From assembly GCA_031370785.1 (NCBI GenBank), contig JANMQY010000010.1, forward strand, positions 1-23,188: a stretch of 23,188 nucleotides of DNA, given 5' to 3'. The notes beneath the pieces are model-generated. The model did not search any database. It was not told the DNA's origin and was given only the letters and a program-made list of their open reading frames with translations. Shown here in pieces: positions 8,389 to 16,193 of this stretch. The first letter of the stretch is position 1, and each line of letters opens with the position of its first letter. This stretch comes from Candidatus Eiseniibacteriota bacterium (lineage in GTDB: Bacteria; Eisenbacteria; RBG-16-71-46). The translations under genes and the position numbers were made by a program.

Positions 8389-10830
8389 ATGATGGCTCGC
8401 CGCTCGGCCGCATTCATTCTGCTTCTTGGCTTGCTCGTGACCCCGGCGAGGTCGGCGCCCGATCAGACCGCGGTGCCCGGTCCGGCGGGGCCAGGCCGCG
8501 TACGACTTCCGAACGGCTGGTATCTGTCGCCCTCTGGCCGCCAGGTCGGCGTCGGAGACTTCCCACTCGGGCTGGCGGTGAGCCCCGATGGGCGGTACGC
8601 GGCGATCACACACAGCGGCTGGCACGCCAAGGGCATCAACATCGTGGAGATCGCGTCGGGCACGTTGCGCACGAACCTGCCGCTGGCAGAGACGTGGCTC
8701 GGCGTCGCGTTCTTCGATGGTGGCCGGATGCTTGCGGTAACCACCGGACACACCAATCGGGTGCTGCTCTACACCATGAAGGAGGGCCGCGCTGAGATCG
8801 CGGACACCGTCGCGGTCGGCCCGCCATGGTCCGCGGGCGGGCAGTATCCGCAGGGCAAAGTCATCGACTACGGCCCGGGCGCGATCTGGACCACCGGCAT
8901 CGCGGTCGACGACGCTCGCCACCGGCTGTGCGTCGTGTCGCGACTCGATTCGGCGCTGAACGTCGTGGATGTCGAGCTGCGCCGGATGCAGCAGCGCGTG
9001 CCACTGCGAGCCGTGCCCTACACCTGCCTGGTTTCGCACGATGGCGCCACCATCTACGTCTCGTTGTGGAGCGCGGCCGGCCTCGCGATCGTCGACGCCA
9101 CGACGCTCGAGGTCAGGCGCGTGATCCCGGTCGGCGCGCACCCCACCGATCTCGCCGAGTCGCCCGACGGCCGGCGCGTGTTCGTCGCAAACGCGAACGA
9201 GAACAGCGTCTCGGTGGTCGACGTCGTGGCCGGGCGCACGGTCGAGACGCTGCGCACGTCGCGTGATCCGCGCGAGCCCGCGGGCGACACTCCGAATGGC
9301 CTCGCGCTCGATGCCGCGGGCGGGCGTCTTTACGTCGCGAATGCCGGCGCGAATCACCTTGCCGTATTCGACGTGAGCCGGTCCGGCCGCGCACGGGCGA
9401 TCGGATTCCTGCCCGTGGGCTGGTATCCGACCGGGGTGCGCCTGATTCCCGGGCAGCGCACTCTGGTAGTCGCGAACGGCAAAGGCGCGGGCTCATCGCC
9501 AAGCAAGGGCGGCGACACCGACACCAGCGCATGGTGCGGGTACATCTCGTACAGCCCTTCGGCGCGCGGCACGCTTTCGATTCTGCCGGAGCCCGACGCG
9601 GCCGCGCTCGAGCGCGGCACCCGGACAGTGCTCGCCAACACGCCGCAGGTGCGGGCGCGCGGCCGAACCGCGCGGCCACCGATCCGCTACGTGTTCTACA
9701 TCATCAAGGAGAATCGGTCGTACGATCAGGTGCTCGGCGATCTGGAACGCGGGAACGGCGATCCGACGCTGTGTCTCTTCGGCGAGCGCATCTCGCCCAA
9801 CCATCACGCGATCGCGCGCGAGTTCGTTGTGCTCGACAACACCTACTGCGACTCCGACGGCAGCGCCGACGGCCACAACTGGGGAATGGCGGCGTTCGCG
9901 ACCGACTACGTCATCAAGGGCGAGCCGAACAACAAGATCTATGACTTCGAGGGCGGAAACCCGCTGGCCTACCCGAAGGATGGCTACCTGTGGGATCTGT
10001 GCGCCCGGAGCGGCATCACCTACCGCAGCTACGGCGAGTTCGTGTTCAACGGCGCGACGCACACCGACACGGTGCGGGCCGGCGTTCTGGCCTTGGTCGG
10101 GCACGTCGCGCCGCGCTTTCTGGGTTATGACACGAGCCATTCGGATCTCGATCGCGAGAAGGCATGGCGCGAGGAGTTCGATCGCTACGATCGTGACGGC
10201 GGTCTGCCGCAGCTCAGCATCATCCGTCTGCCCAACGACCACACCGAGGGCACGTGCACCGGTCGGCCGACGCCGCGCGCGCACATGGCCGAGAACGACC
10301 TGGCGCTGGGCTTGATGATCGAGCGCATCAGCCACAGCCGCTACTGGAAGGAATCGCTGATCCTGGTGATCGAGGATGACGCGGCGAACGGCCAGGACCA
10401 CGTCGATGGCCATCGCACCGTCGCGCTGGCCGCCGGGCCGTACGTCAAGCGCGGCGCGGTCGACAGCGGCCTCTATACCAACTGCAGCGTGCTGCGCTGC
10501 ATCGAGGATGTCTTCGGCATGCCTCCGATGTCCCAGTTCGACGCGCGCGCGAACGGATTCGAGGGGATCTTCCGCGCGCAGCCCGACCTGACGCCTTACA
10601 CCCATCGGCCGGCGCTGGTGGACATCGACGAGCGCAACGTTGCGGGCGCGTTCGGGCAGAAGGAAAGCGACGCCATGAACTTCGCGATCGCGGACAACGC
10701 GCCCAACGACGTGCTCAACGCCATCCTGTGGTATTCGGTGCGCGGTCCCGGCGCGGCGCTGCCGCCGCTGGTGCGCAGCGGCTTCACGCTCGGACTGATC
10801 CGCGACGATGGGGACGAGGACGACGACTAG
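8389..10830 (+). CDS. Secreted bifunctional YVTN/YncE beta-propeller + phosphoesterase (alkaline phosphatase/phospholipase C superfamily) protein
   Basis: Signal peptide and GGGGAG RBS. It has repeats such as VGAHPTDLAESPDGRRVFVANANENSVSVVD and PVGWYPTG. Catalytic-domain motifs are IIKENRSYDQVLG, SADGHNW, LPNDHT, EDDAANGQDHVDGHR and GMPPMSQFD. Confidence 0.9.
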   Translation: MMARRSAAFILLLGLLVTPARSAPDQTAVPGPAGPGRVRLPNGWYLSPSGRQVGVGDFPLGLAVSPDGRYAAITHSGWHAKGINIVEIASGTLRTNLPLAETWLGVAFFDGGRMLAVTTGHTNRVLLYTMKEGRAEIADTVAVGPPWSAGGQYPQGKVIDYGPGAIWTTGIAVDDARHRLCVVSRLDSALNVVDVELRRMQQRVPLRAVPYTCLVSHDGATIYVSLWSAAGLAIVDATTLEVRRVIPVGAHPTDLAESPDGRRVFVANANENSVSVVDVVAGRTVETLRTSRDPREPAGDTPNGLALDAAGGRLYVANAGANHLAVFDVSRSGRARAIGFLPVGWYPTGVRLIPGQRTLVVANGKGAGSSPSKGGDTDTSAWCGYISYSPSARGTLSILPEPDAAALERGTRTVLANTPQVRARGRTARPPIRYVFYIIKENRSYDQVLGDLERGNGDPTLCLFGERISPNHHAIAREFVVLDNTYCDSDGSADGHNWGMAAFATDYVIKGEPNNKIYDFEGGNPLAYPKDGYLWDLCARSGITYRSYGEFVFNGATHTDTVRAGVLALVGHVAPRFLGYDTSHSDLDREKAWREEFDRYDRDGGLPQLSIIRLPNDHTEGTCTGRPTPRAHMAENDLALGLMIERISHSRYWKESLILVIEDDAANGQDHVDGHRTVALAAGPYVKRGAVDSGLYTNCSVLRCIEDVFGMPPMSQFDARANGFEGIFRAQPDLTPYTHRPALVDIDERNVAGAFGQKESDAMNFAIADNAPNDVLNAILWYSVRGPGAALPPLVRSGFTLGLIRDDGDEDDD

Positions 10831-11402
10831 CGAGTCGGCTCGCCTTCGACTGTTACTCCTGGCCCGGAACCCTGGACGCCACGCGCGATCCCCTGACATG
10901 CAGCGGGGGCGGTCCAGATTGGATAGGTGCCCCGGCTGCGGGCGGGGCCGGTGCTCACCGTCTGGCCCGGGCGCACGATGTACTCCATCCTGTCGAACGC
11001 TCCGGTCGGGACGTGGATGGTCACCGGCACCTTGAGATCGGAATGCAGGGTGAGCGATTGGCCGACGCGGATCTTGCTCCAGTGCGGCTCGAACTCGATG
11101 CAACCGCGCTGGGTCAGCCGAACGCGATTCGACTGGGCCGAGGGTTTGGCTTCGTTCTGCGCCACGACCTTCTCGTTGACGCTGGCGCGGGTCTTCGCGG
11201 TGGGCCTGGCGCTGGAGGTTGCGGTCGACAACGTATCGGGTCCGCGTTTCGTGGCGGCCGCTTTCGTTTCGTGACGCTTGTTCCCACAACCAGACGCCGG
11301 GACGAAGAGGAGAGCCATCAGTGCCGCCAACAGCGCTGCACGAAACACCGGACTGCCCTGCGCTGCCAGCACTCGTTCTTGAACTCTAGGGCTGATTCCC
11401 AT
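10827..11402 (-). CDS. Putative lipoprotein with a cupredoxin-like beta-sandwich
   Basis: ATG 11402 with GGGAGG RBS. A hydrophobic segment ends in ASG|C, followed by a low-complexity linker. The domain pattern is FEPHWSKIRVGQSLTL…IVRPGQT…GTYPIW. Confidence 0.6.
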   Translation of the reverse strand: MGISPRVQERVLAAQGSPVFRAALLAALMALLFVPASGCGNKRHETKAAATKRGPDTLSTATSSARPTAKTRASVNEKVVAQNEAKPSAQSNRVRLTQRGCIEFEPHWSKIRVGQSLTLHSDLKVPVTIHVPTGAFDRMEYIVRPGQTVSTGPARSRGTYPIWTAPAACQGIARGVQGSGPGVTVEGEPTR

Positions 11403-11763
11403 CGCGACCTCCCTGTTGTATTTTTCCTGCCGTTCCCTCGGCTGCCTTCGCAGCGCCGGCATCATACTCGACGGGGGCCGCGCGCGAGTCCAAGCTGGAA
11501 TTCCCGCGCGAATCGCGCACAGGATCGAGCGTGCAACTTCTACAAACTCTCTCGCGTGCCGGCCGAAATCGCGGGCCCCGCTCGATCTCGTGGAGTGGTT
11601 CGGCGAGCCGGTTCAAGGCTTCGGCGCCCCCGCTCGCCATTCGCAGCGCGACATGCGTGGCAGAGAACTTGCTCGAGCTTCGTCGAAGCCAACTGCGTAT
11701 GTCAGGAATGCGCTAAGCTCTTTCCTGTCGTTCGCGCGCACCCAGATCGAATGGAGAACCCAG

Positions 11764-12762
11764 ATGCGACCGGAGGAGGGAAGTCATCTTCCGCTGGCCG
11801 TCCTCATCGCGATGATCCTGTTCGCGACGGCAGGAACGGCCGCAGCGCAACACGCCTTACCAGAACCGCGGCTCGGAATCGTGCCTGCTTCATTCGCCGC
11901 CGATGCCATTCCCCCGGACTCGATCGTCGTGGATTCGTCGACCACGCCGGGTATGGGCGCATCCGTGACCGTCGTGCCGATTCCGACGGGCGTACACACC
12001 GAGAAGCCGGGCCTCGGCGCTCGCCTCGGACGTGCGGCCGGGAACTTCGGATCCGATGTGTGGATCGTCTCCACCTCGCCGTTCCGGCTCAGGGGCAAGG
12101 GGCTCCTGCTCACGGCCGCCGTTCTCGGCGCCGAGGCTGTGATCTACGCAAACGATCAGGAGATCCTCGACGCGATCCTGCGCAATCGCGAGGAGCCGGT
12201 CCTTGGCGAGACGATCGATCTCGGCACGCGAATCGAGCCGGTGGGTTTCATGGGTCGCACCAACGCGATCTACATGGCGGCGCTCGGCGCAGGCTACGCG
12301 TTCAACATCCGACCCCTTCGCACGATTCCGACCGAGATCCTGGAATCGCATTTCATCGCCGGGGGGGTGCGCAATGTCGCCAAAATGCTGGTCGGGCGGC
12401 AGCATCCGAGCGATGGGAAGGGGCCTTACGAGTTCAAATTCAGGCATGGCACCTCGTTCCCCTCCGGCCACACCTCGGTCGTATACGAGCTGGCCACGAT
12501 CGCATCCATGAACGCGCACTGGCTGCCGGTGACCATTGCGAGTTACTCGTTGGCGACCGCGGTAGCGGTCCAGCGCGTGGAGTCGCTGAACCACTGGCCG
12601 TCGGACGTTTTCATCGCCGCGGTCTACGGCACACTGGTGGCGCGCACGGTCGTCCAGCAGCACGAGAAGCGCGAGCGCGGACTCATGCAGGGCACTCTGA
12701 TCCTGCCCCACATCGACGAACGCGGCGAGTTGGTCGGCGTGCGCGTCTCGCGAACGTTTTGA
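11764..12762 (+). CDS. PAP2-family phosphatase with N-terminal signal peptide
   Basis: C1 KMLVGRQHP, C2 SFPSGH and C3 QRVESLNHWPSD motifs. Start reassigned to ATG 11764 (GGAG RBS; signal peptide …FATAGTAAA|Q). Confidence 0.88.
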   Translation: MRPEEGSHLPLAVLIAMILFATAGTAAAQHALPEPRLGIVPASFAADAIPPDSIVVDSSTTPGMGASVTVVPIPTGVHTEKPGLGARLGRAAGNFGSDVWIVSTSPFRLRGKGLLLTAAVLGAEAVIYANDQEILDAILRNREEPVLGETIDLGTRIEPVGFMGRTNAIYMAALGAGYAFNIRPLRTIPTEILESHFIAGGVRNVAKMLVGRQHPSDGKGPYEFKFRHGTSFPSGHTSVVYELATIASMNAHWLPVTIASYSLATAVAVQRVESLNHWPSDVFIAAVYGTLVARTVVQQHEKRERGLMQGTLILPHIDERGELVGVRVSRTF

Positions 12763-12805
12763 GAAACGTGCTGCCGCAGGCGGCAGCACCAGGGAGGGGA
12801 GGACG

Positions 12806-12958
12806 ATGATCCGCAAGTTGCCGAACGGGAAGTACCGGCTCTACTCATCGAAGCCCGACCCGAAGACCGGCCACCGACGAAACCTCGGCACATTCTCGTC
12901 GCGCTCGGCCGCCGAGCGGCACGAACGTCAGGTGCAGTTCTTCAAGCGCCGCGGCTGA
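12806..12958 (+). CDS. Small basic 50-aa protein (AP2/Arm-DNA-binding-like pattern); below the ORF-track cutoff
   Basis: A strong GGAGGGGAGG RBS precedes ATG 12806. It translates as MIRKLPNGKYRLYSSKPDPKTGHRRNLGTFSSRSAAERHERQVQFFKRRG*. It fills the gap between the PAP2 and PPase genes, with its stop 3 nt before the next ATG. Confidence 0.8.
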   Translation: MIRKLPNGKYRLYSSKPDPKTGHRRNLGTFSSRSAAERHERQVQFFKRRG

Positions 12959-12961
12959 CGG

Positions 12962-13585
12962 ATGCCAGCCCATGATCCGCTGAGACTCCCGGTTCGCGAC
13001 TCCAGGTCCGACCGCGTCCATGTCGTCGTGGAGACGCCCGGCGGCTCTCGCAGCAAGTTCAAGTACGATCCGGCCACAGGGTTCTTCATCCTGGACAAGC
13101 TGCTGCCGCTGGGCGCGGCGTTTCCGTACGACTTTGGGTTCATCCCAGGAACTCTCGAGCAGGATGGGGATCCGCTCGACGTGCTGGTGATTGGCGACGA
13201 GCGGACGTTTCCGGGCTGCCTCATCACGGTGCGGCTGCTGGGCGTGATCGAAGCCAACCAGACTGAGAAGGGCGTGACCATCCGCAACGACCGGCTGGTG
13301 GCAATGCCAGAGACCAAGCGCATCCAGCCGCCCGAGCGCTCGCTCGATGATCTACCGGTGAGGGTCCTGAAGGAGATCGAACATTTCTTCGTCTCATACA
13401 ACGCCGCCGAGAACCGCAGATTCGAGGTGATCGCGCGGCGTGGTCCGCAGGTTGCGGCGAGGCGCATCGAGGAGAGCATCGCGAACTTCCGCTCGGGGAA
13501 GAAGAAGGCTCCGGGTGGCGACGGCACGGGTCCGGCGAAAGGCGCGCGCGCCGGCGGCGGTCGCTCGAAGCGGGCCGCTCGATGA
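12962..13585 (+). CDS. ppa: Family I inorganic pyrophosphatase-like protein (divergent)
   Basis: VVVETPGGSRSK, FPYDFGFIPGT, the DGDPLDVLV signature, NDRLVAMP and EIEHFFVSY. It has a basic low-complexity tail. Confidence 0.88.
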   Translation: MPAHDPLRLPVRDSRSDRVHVVVETPGGSRSKFKYDPATGFFILDKLLPLGAAFPYDFGFIPGTLEQDGDPLDVLVIGDERTFPGCLITVRLLGVIEANQTEKGVTIRNDRLVAMPETKRIQPPERSLDDLPVRVLKEIEHFFVSYNAAENRRFEVIARRGPQVAARRIEESIANFRSGKKKAPGGDGTGPAKGARAGGGRSKRAAR

Positions 13586-13880
13586 CGTCGCTCCGCGTCC
13601 GTGAGCTTCAGGCTGTGCGGCCAGTTCGTCGTTCGCAACAGGAGCTGCGATCGTTTGAGAATCTCGTGCCGCTCAGGCTGCGCGGGCGTCCTTGCGTAGC
13701 GCGAACTTCGGCTCGGGCGTCCAGATCCCGGGAGTGTCCGTCGGCAGCACTTCGCCGGCCGCTTCTGCCGCGGGGAGCGGGCAGTGCGCGACGCCCTGCG
13801 CGTGCAGGCCGTGGCCGATCGTCGGTCCGCCGACAGCACCGTGAAGCCCTGCCGCTGCAGCAGTCTCCTTGCGGGAACCC

Positions 13881-13924
13881 GCGCGATGGACAAACCATGG
13901 AGCAACCAGGGTCTGTCCATGCGC
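13881..13924 (-). terminator. Long stem-loop 17 nt downstream of the 13942-14853 gene (terminator or 3' stabiliser)
   Basis: On the minus strand: GCGC-ATGGACAGACCCTGG-ttgct-CCATGGTTTGTCCAT-c-GCGC. One G-U pair forms only on the minus-strand RNA. There is no U-tract. Confidence 0.5.
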
Positions 13925-13941
13925 AGGCGCTGCCGAACGAG

Positions 13942-14853
13942 CTAGTGATATCGCGTCTTCAGAGTGCCCCACGAGCTGCGCAAGGCGGGCGTCGTCGAGG
14001 GAGCGAATTGCCACAGGCTTCCGTTTCCGCCCGGACTGGTTCCGAGCGCGGTCATGTACACGCTTCCGTCACTCGCTAGACAGACGCCGTGGATGAGACC
14101 ATCCGAGTCGTCATCCGACGAGACGAAAGGCACCCCCCAGCCCTGATCGCCGCCGGAAGGATCGAACGTGAAATCACCAAAGAACAGACTCGACGACCCG
14201 CCCGACACTGCTGGAAGTCGGCCTCCCAGGAGTGAATTGCCGACCTTGACTGTCGCGCCGGCATCCAGGCGAAGAAGCCCCTGGTTCGATCCGACGAAAA
14301 TGCGACCGTTCGGATCCAGGTCGACGTGATAAGGCGCGGCCATGGCGAATGGCTCACTTAGCGCACGCCATTCCGACCACGCCGCCGTTGCCGGATCCCG
14401 CCTCATGACGTGAGAGGGATCCGTGCCTACAGAAGAGAAGGCGCCGTAGATAGCTCCATCCGGTCCCAATGCCACGCACTCGGGGGCGATAGAGTCCTGG
14501 CCCAGCATTGCGCCGCTCTCGTCGTAGCGCAGCAGGCCGGTGCCGGCCGGCACGTAGAGAACGCGCGCGACCGGGTCGAACGCGATGGCGTCGACATTCG
14601 ATCCTGCTACCGCGTCCGGGATGATCGCGGACTTGATCCCGGCCTGCGTAATGCGCCAGACCTTCGGGGTCGGACCGTGATCGCCCACGAAAGCATCGTG
14701 CGAGATCGGATCGACCGCGAGTCCTCCCAGCGGCTGGCCGAGATCGCCGCCGATCTTGTGAGCGGTCCAGCCAGGCGGAGGAACCAGAGCGGCGTGAACC
14801 GGGGAGCAGGGAAGGAGAAGCAGGGCGGTGATCGCGAGGTAACGTAGACGCAT
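13942..14853 (-). CDS. Secreted beta-propeller-like (NHL/SMP-30-like) protein with C-terminal WGxxKxxY[RH] motif
   Basis: ATG 14853 with GGAG RBS and signal peptide MRLRYLAITALLLLPCSPVHA|A. Blade repeats are GLAVDP, AIAFDP, VALGPDGAIY, VDLDPNGRIF and VCLASDGSVY. It ends TPALRSSWGTLKTRYH. Confidence 0.82.
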   Translation of the reverse strand: MRLRYLAITALLLLPCSPVHAALVPPPGWTAHKIGGDLGQPLGGLAVDPISHDAFVGDHGPTPKVWRITQAGIKSAIIPDAVAGSNVDAIAFDPVARVLYVPAGTGLLRYDESGAMLGQDSIAPECVALGPDGAIYGAFSSVGTDPSHVMRRDPATAAWSEWRALSEPFAMAAPYHVDLDPNGRIFVGSNQGLLRLDAGATVKVGNSLLGGRLPAVSGGSSSLFFGDFTFDPSGGDQGWGVPFVSSDDDSDGLIHGVCLASDGSVYMTALGTSPGGNGSLWQFAPSTTPALRSSWGTLKTRYH

Positions 14854-15002
14854 TGCGAGACTCCACCCGGTCGAGTGGTTCGGTGCGGCGATAAGCCGCC
14901 CGAGCGGCGAGGCACAGGGCCTCGCGGGTCTGCCGGTCGTTGAGGTCGAGGTGCCAGCCCTGTCTTCGGGCCAGCCACGCGACTTACTCGATGCCTGAGA
15001 GT

Positions 15003-15030
15003 AATATAGAAGAAAGGAAGGCGCTGTCAA
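15003..15030 (-). promoter_or_regulatory. Near-consensus sigma70 promoter for the 13942-14853 gene
   Basis: On the minus strand: TTGACA (15030-15025), 16 nt spacer, TATATT (15008-15003). It lies in an AT-rich patch within GC-rich DNA. Confidence 0.7.
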
Positions 15031-15138
15031 CGAATTCCCCCGCCAGCGACCGCCGGTCCCTCGTCGCGGATGGTAGAGGCAGTCCGTCGAGATTCAGACG
15101 GTTCGGGCGCAGTGGCACTGCTACCAAAGCAGCATCGG

Positions 15139-15164
15139 TGGAGTAGCCCCGATTCGGTGGACGG
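15139..15164 (-). repeat. Probable IS3 right terminal inverted repeat
   Basis: On the minus strand: CCGTCCACCGAATCGGGGCTACTCCA-3'. It ends in the CA dinucleotide typical of IS3 ends (5'-TG…CA-3') and follows the transposase tail. No partner IR is seen in the window. Confidence 0.65.
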
Positions 15165-15380
15165 GTGAAGACTGTGGTTGATCGATGGCCGCGTGGGGCG
15201 GGGATCCGGGGAAGGCGTTTTCCTCCGATTCGCCCCCGAGGCCCGCTTCGTACCGCTTCTCGAACTGGATCGGCGAGAGATAGTCGATCGACGAATGGCG
15301 ACGTCTCGTGTTGTACCAGCCTTCGATGAACTCGAACACCACCGGGCGGGCCTGCCGCGCTGCCGGGAATCTCTGGCACG
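15139..15380 (-). mobile_element. IS3-family insertion sequence remnant (transposase C-terminus plus right end)
   Basis: The minus frame reads QRFPAARQARPVVFEFIEGWYNTRRRHSSIDYLSPIQFE, matching the IS3 OrfB C-terminal pattern (…IE.WYN..R.HS.L.Y.SP..FE). There is an in-frame stop just upstream and no DDE core. It ends in an IS3-like terminus. Confidence 0.85.
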
Positions 15381-15443
15381 ATAGTCACCCGAAGCCTAGA
15401 ATTACTGGCGTTCGACATCCACCAACCGTTCCCGGAGGTTGTC

Positions 15444-16151
15444 ATGCGCATGCGCCGCTCGATTGTGATCTCCCTCGCGCTGGCAGCCCTGTATTCCGCG
15501 TCCGTCTCGGCCGCTCCCACATTGCGGTACTCCTGGGACAACTGCGACGTCGTGGTGCCGCGCCGGGACTTCACCGGTCCCGCGATCTACACGCAGACAG
15601 TCTCCGTTGTGGGACTCGAGGGTCCGGTCGACCACTTCACTCTCGTCATCGGGTTCGGAAGTCAGTCGATTCCGTCCGCGTGGCAGTTCAGTGACTTTCA
15701 GCCGCCGTACTTTCCCCCATCGTGCCAGCCGAGCGGGAGGGTCTCCATGCTTCTCGGAGGAACGTCCTGCGACACCCTTCCCGGGATGCAGCTGAGCGGG
15801 CACTATTGGTTCAACCTCACGCCCGGCCTCTCCGGGCTCACGATCGACGGTGTGGGCGCCGGCGCCTTCACTCCGAATCCCAGCCAGCGCTACACGCTGG
15901 TTCGCATCGCTTTCAACCACGCCAACTCGGTGGCGGGCGCCGGCGGCCCCGGATCCTGCGGCGGCGCCGATCAGCCACTCCAATTCGCGATCGGCGATCT
16001 GTACCTGAATGGAGTAGATCAACGCGGGCACGCCGACTGGGAGAACTGCCTGCTCACATGGAACACGGCGTGGTATGGCCGCCCGGATTGTCCGCTGTTC
16101 GTGCCGGTGAAGAACCGGACCTGGGGGCAGATCAAATCGATGTACAGGTAA
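15444..16151 (+). CDS. Secreted Cys-containing beta-rich protein with C-terminal WGxxKxxYR motif
   Basis: GGAGG RBS at 15434-15438 and signal peptide …ALYSASVSA|A. The mature N-terminus is PTLRYSWDNC and the mature chain has six Cys. It ends VPVKNRTWGQIKSMYR. Confidence 0.85.
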   Translation: MRMRRSIVISLALAALYSASVSAAPTLRYSWDNCDVVVPRRDFTGPAIYTQTVSVVGLEGPVDHFTLVIGFGSQSIPSAWQFSDFQPPYFPPSCQPSGRVSMLLGGTSCDTLPGMQLSGHYWFNLTPGLSGLTIDGVGAGAFTPNPSQRYTLVRIAFNHANSVAGAGGPGSCGGADQPLQFAIGDLYLNGVDQRGHADWENCLLTWNTAWYGRPDCPLFVPVKNRTWGQIKSMYR

Positions 16152-16193
16152 CGCCGCCCCATCGCGGCGAGCCGACCCGGCGTCGCGGCCGCC

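Noticed and set aside
11416..11763. 116-aa N-terminal extension of the PAP2 ORF
   Set aside because: An RBS and signal peptide begin at 11764, so the extension is more likely the divergent promoter region.
8365..12809. ORFs 8365-9357 (-), 9493-11289 (-), 10728-12809 (+) and 11890-12816 (-)
   Set aside because: They overlap the phosphoesterase, cupredoxin-like and PAP2 genes in other frames and have no recognisable domains.
13586..13880. Possible small gene or Cys-rich peptide (13608-13898 -, 13673-14014 -, 13582-14079 +)
   Set aside because: There is no convincing RBS, motif or codon bias in any frame, so it is left as unexplained intergenic or decayed sequence.
14860..14990. ZTP (pfl) riboswitch resemblance (GUCGCGUGGCUGGC…GCCGCUCGGGC)
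   Set aside because: The conserved GCCUGGGC 3' hairpin and pseudoknot are not properly matched, and the downstream gene is unrelated to purine or folate metabolism.
15374..15390. Sigma54 -24 element TGGCACG
   Set aside because: There is no TTGC -12 element at the required spacing.
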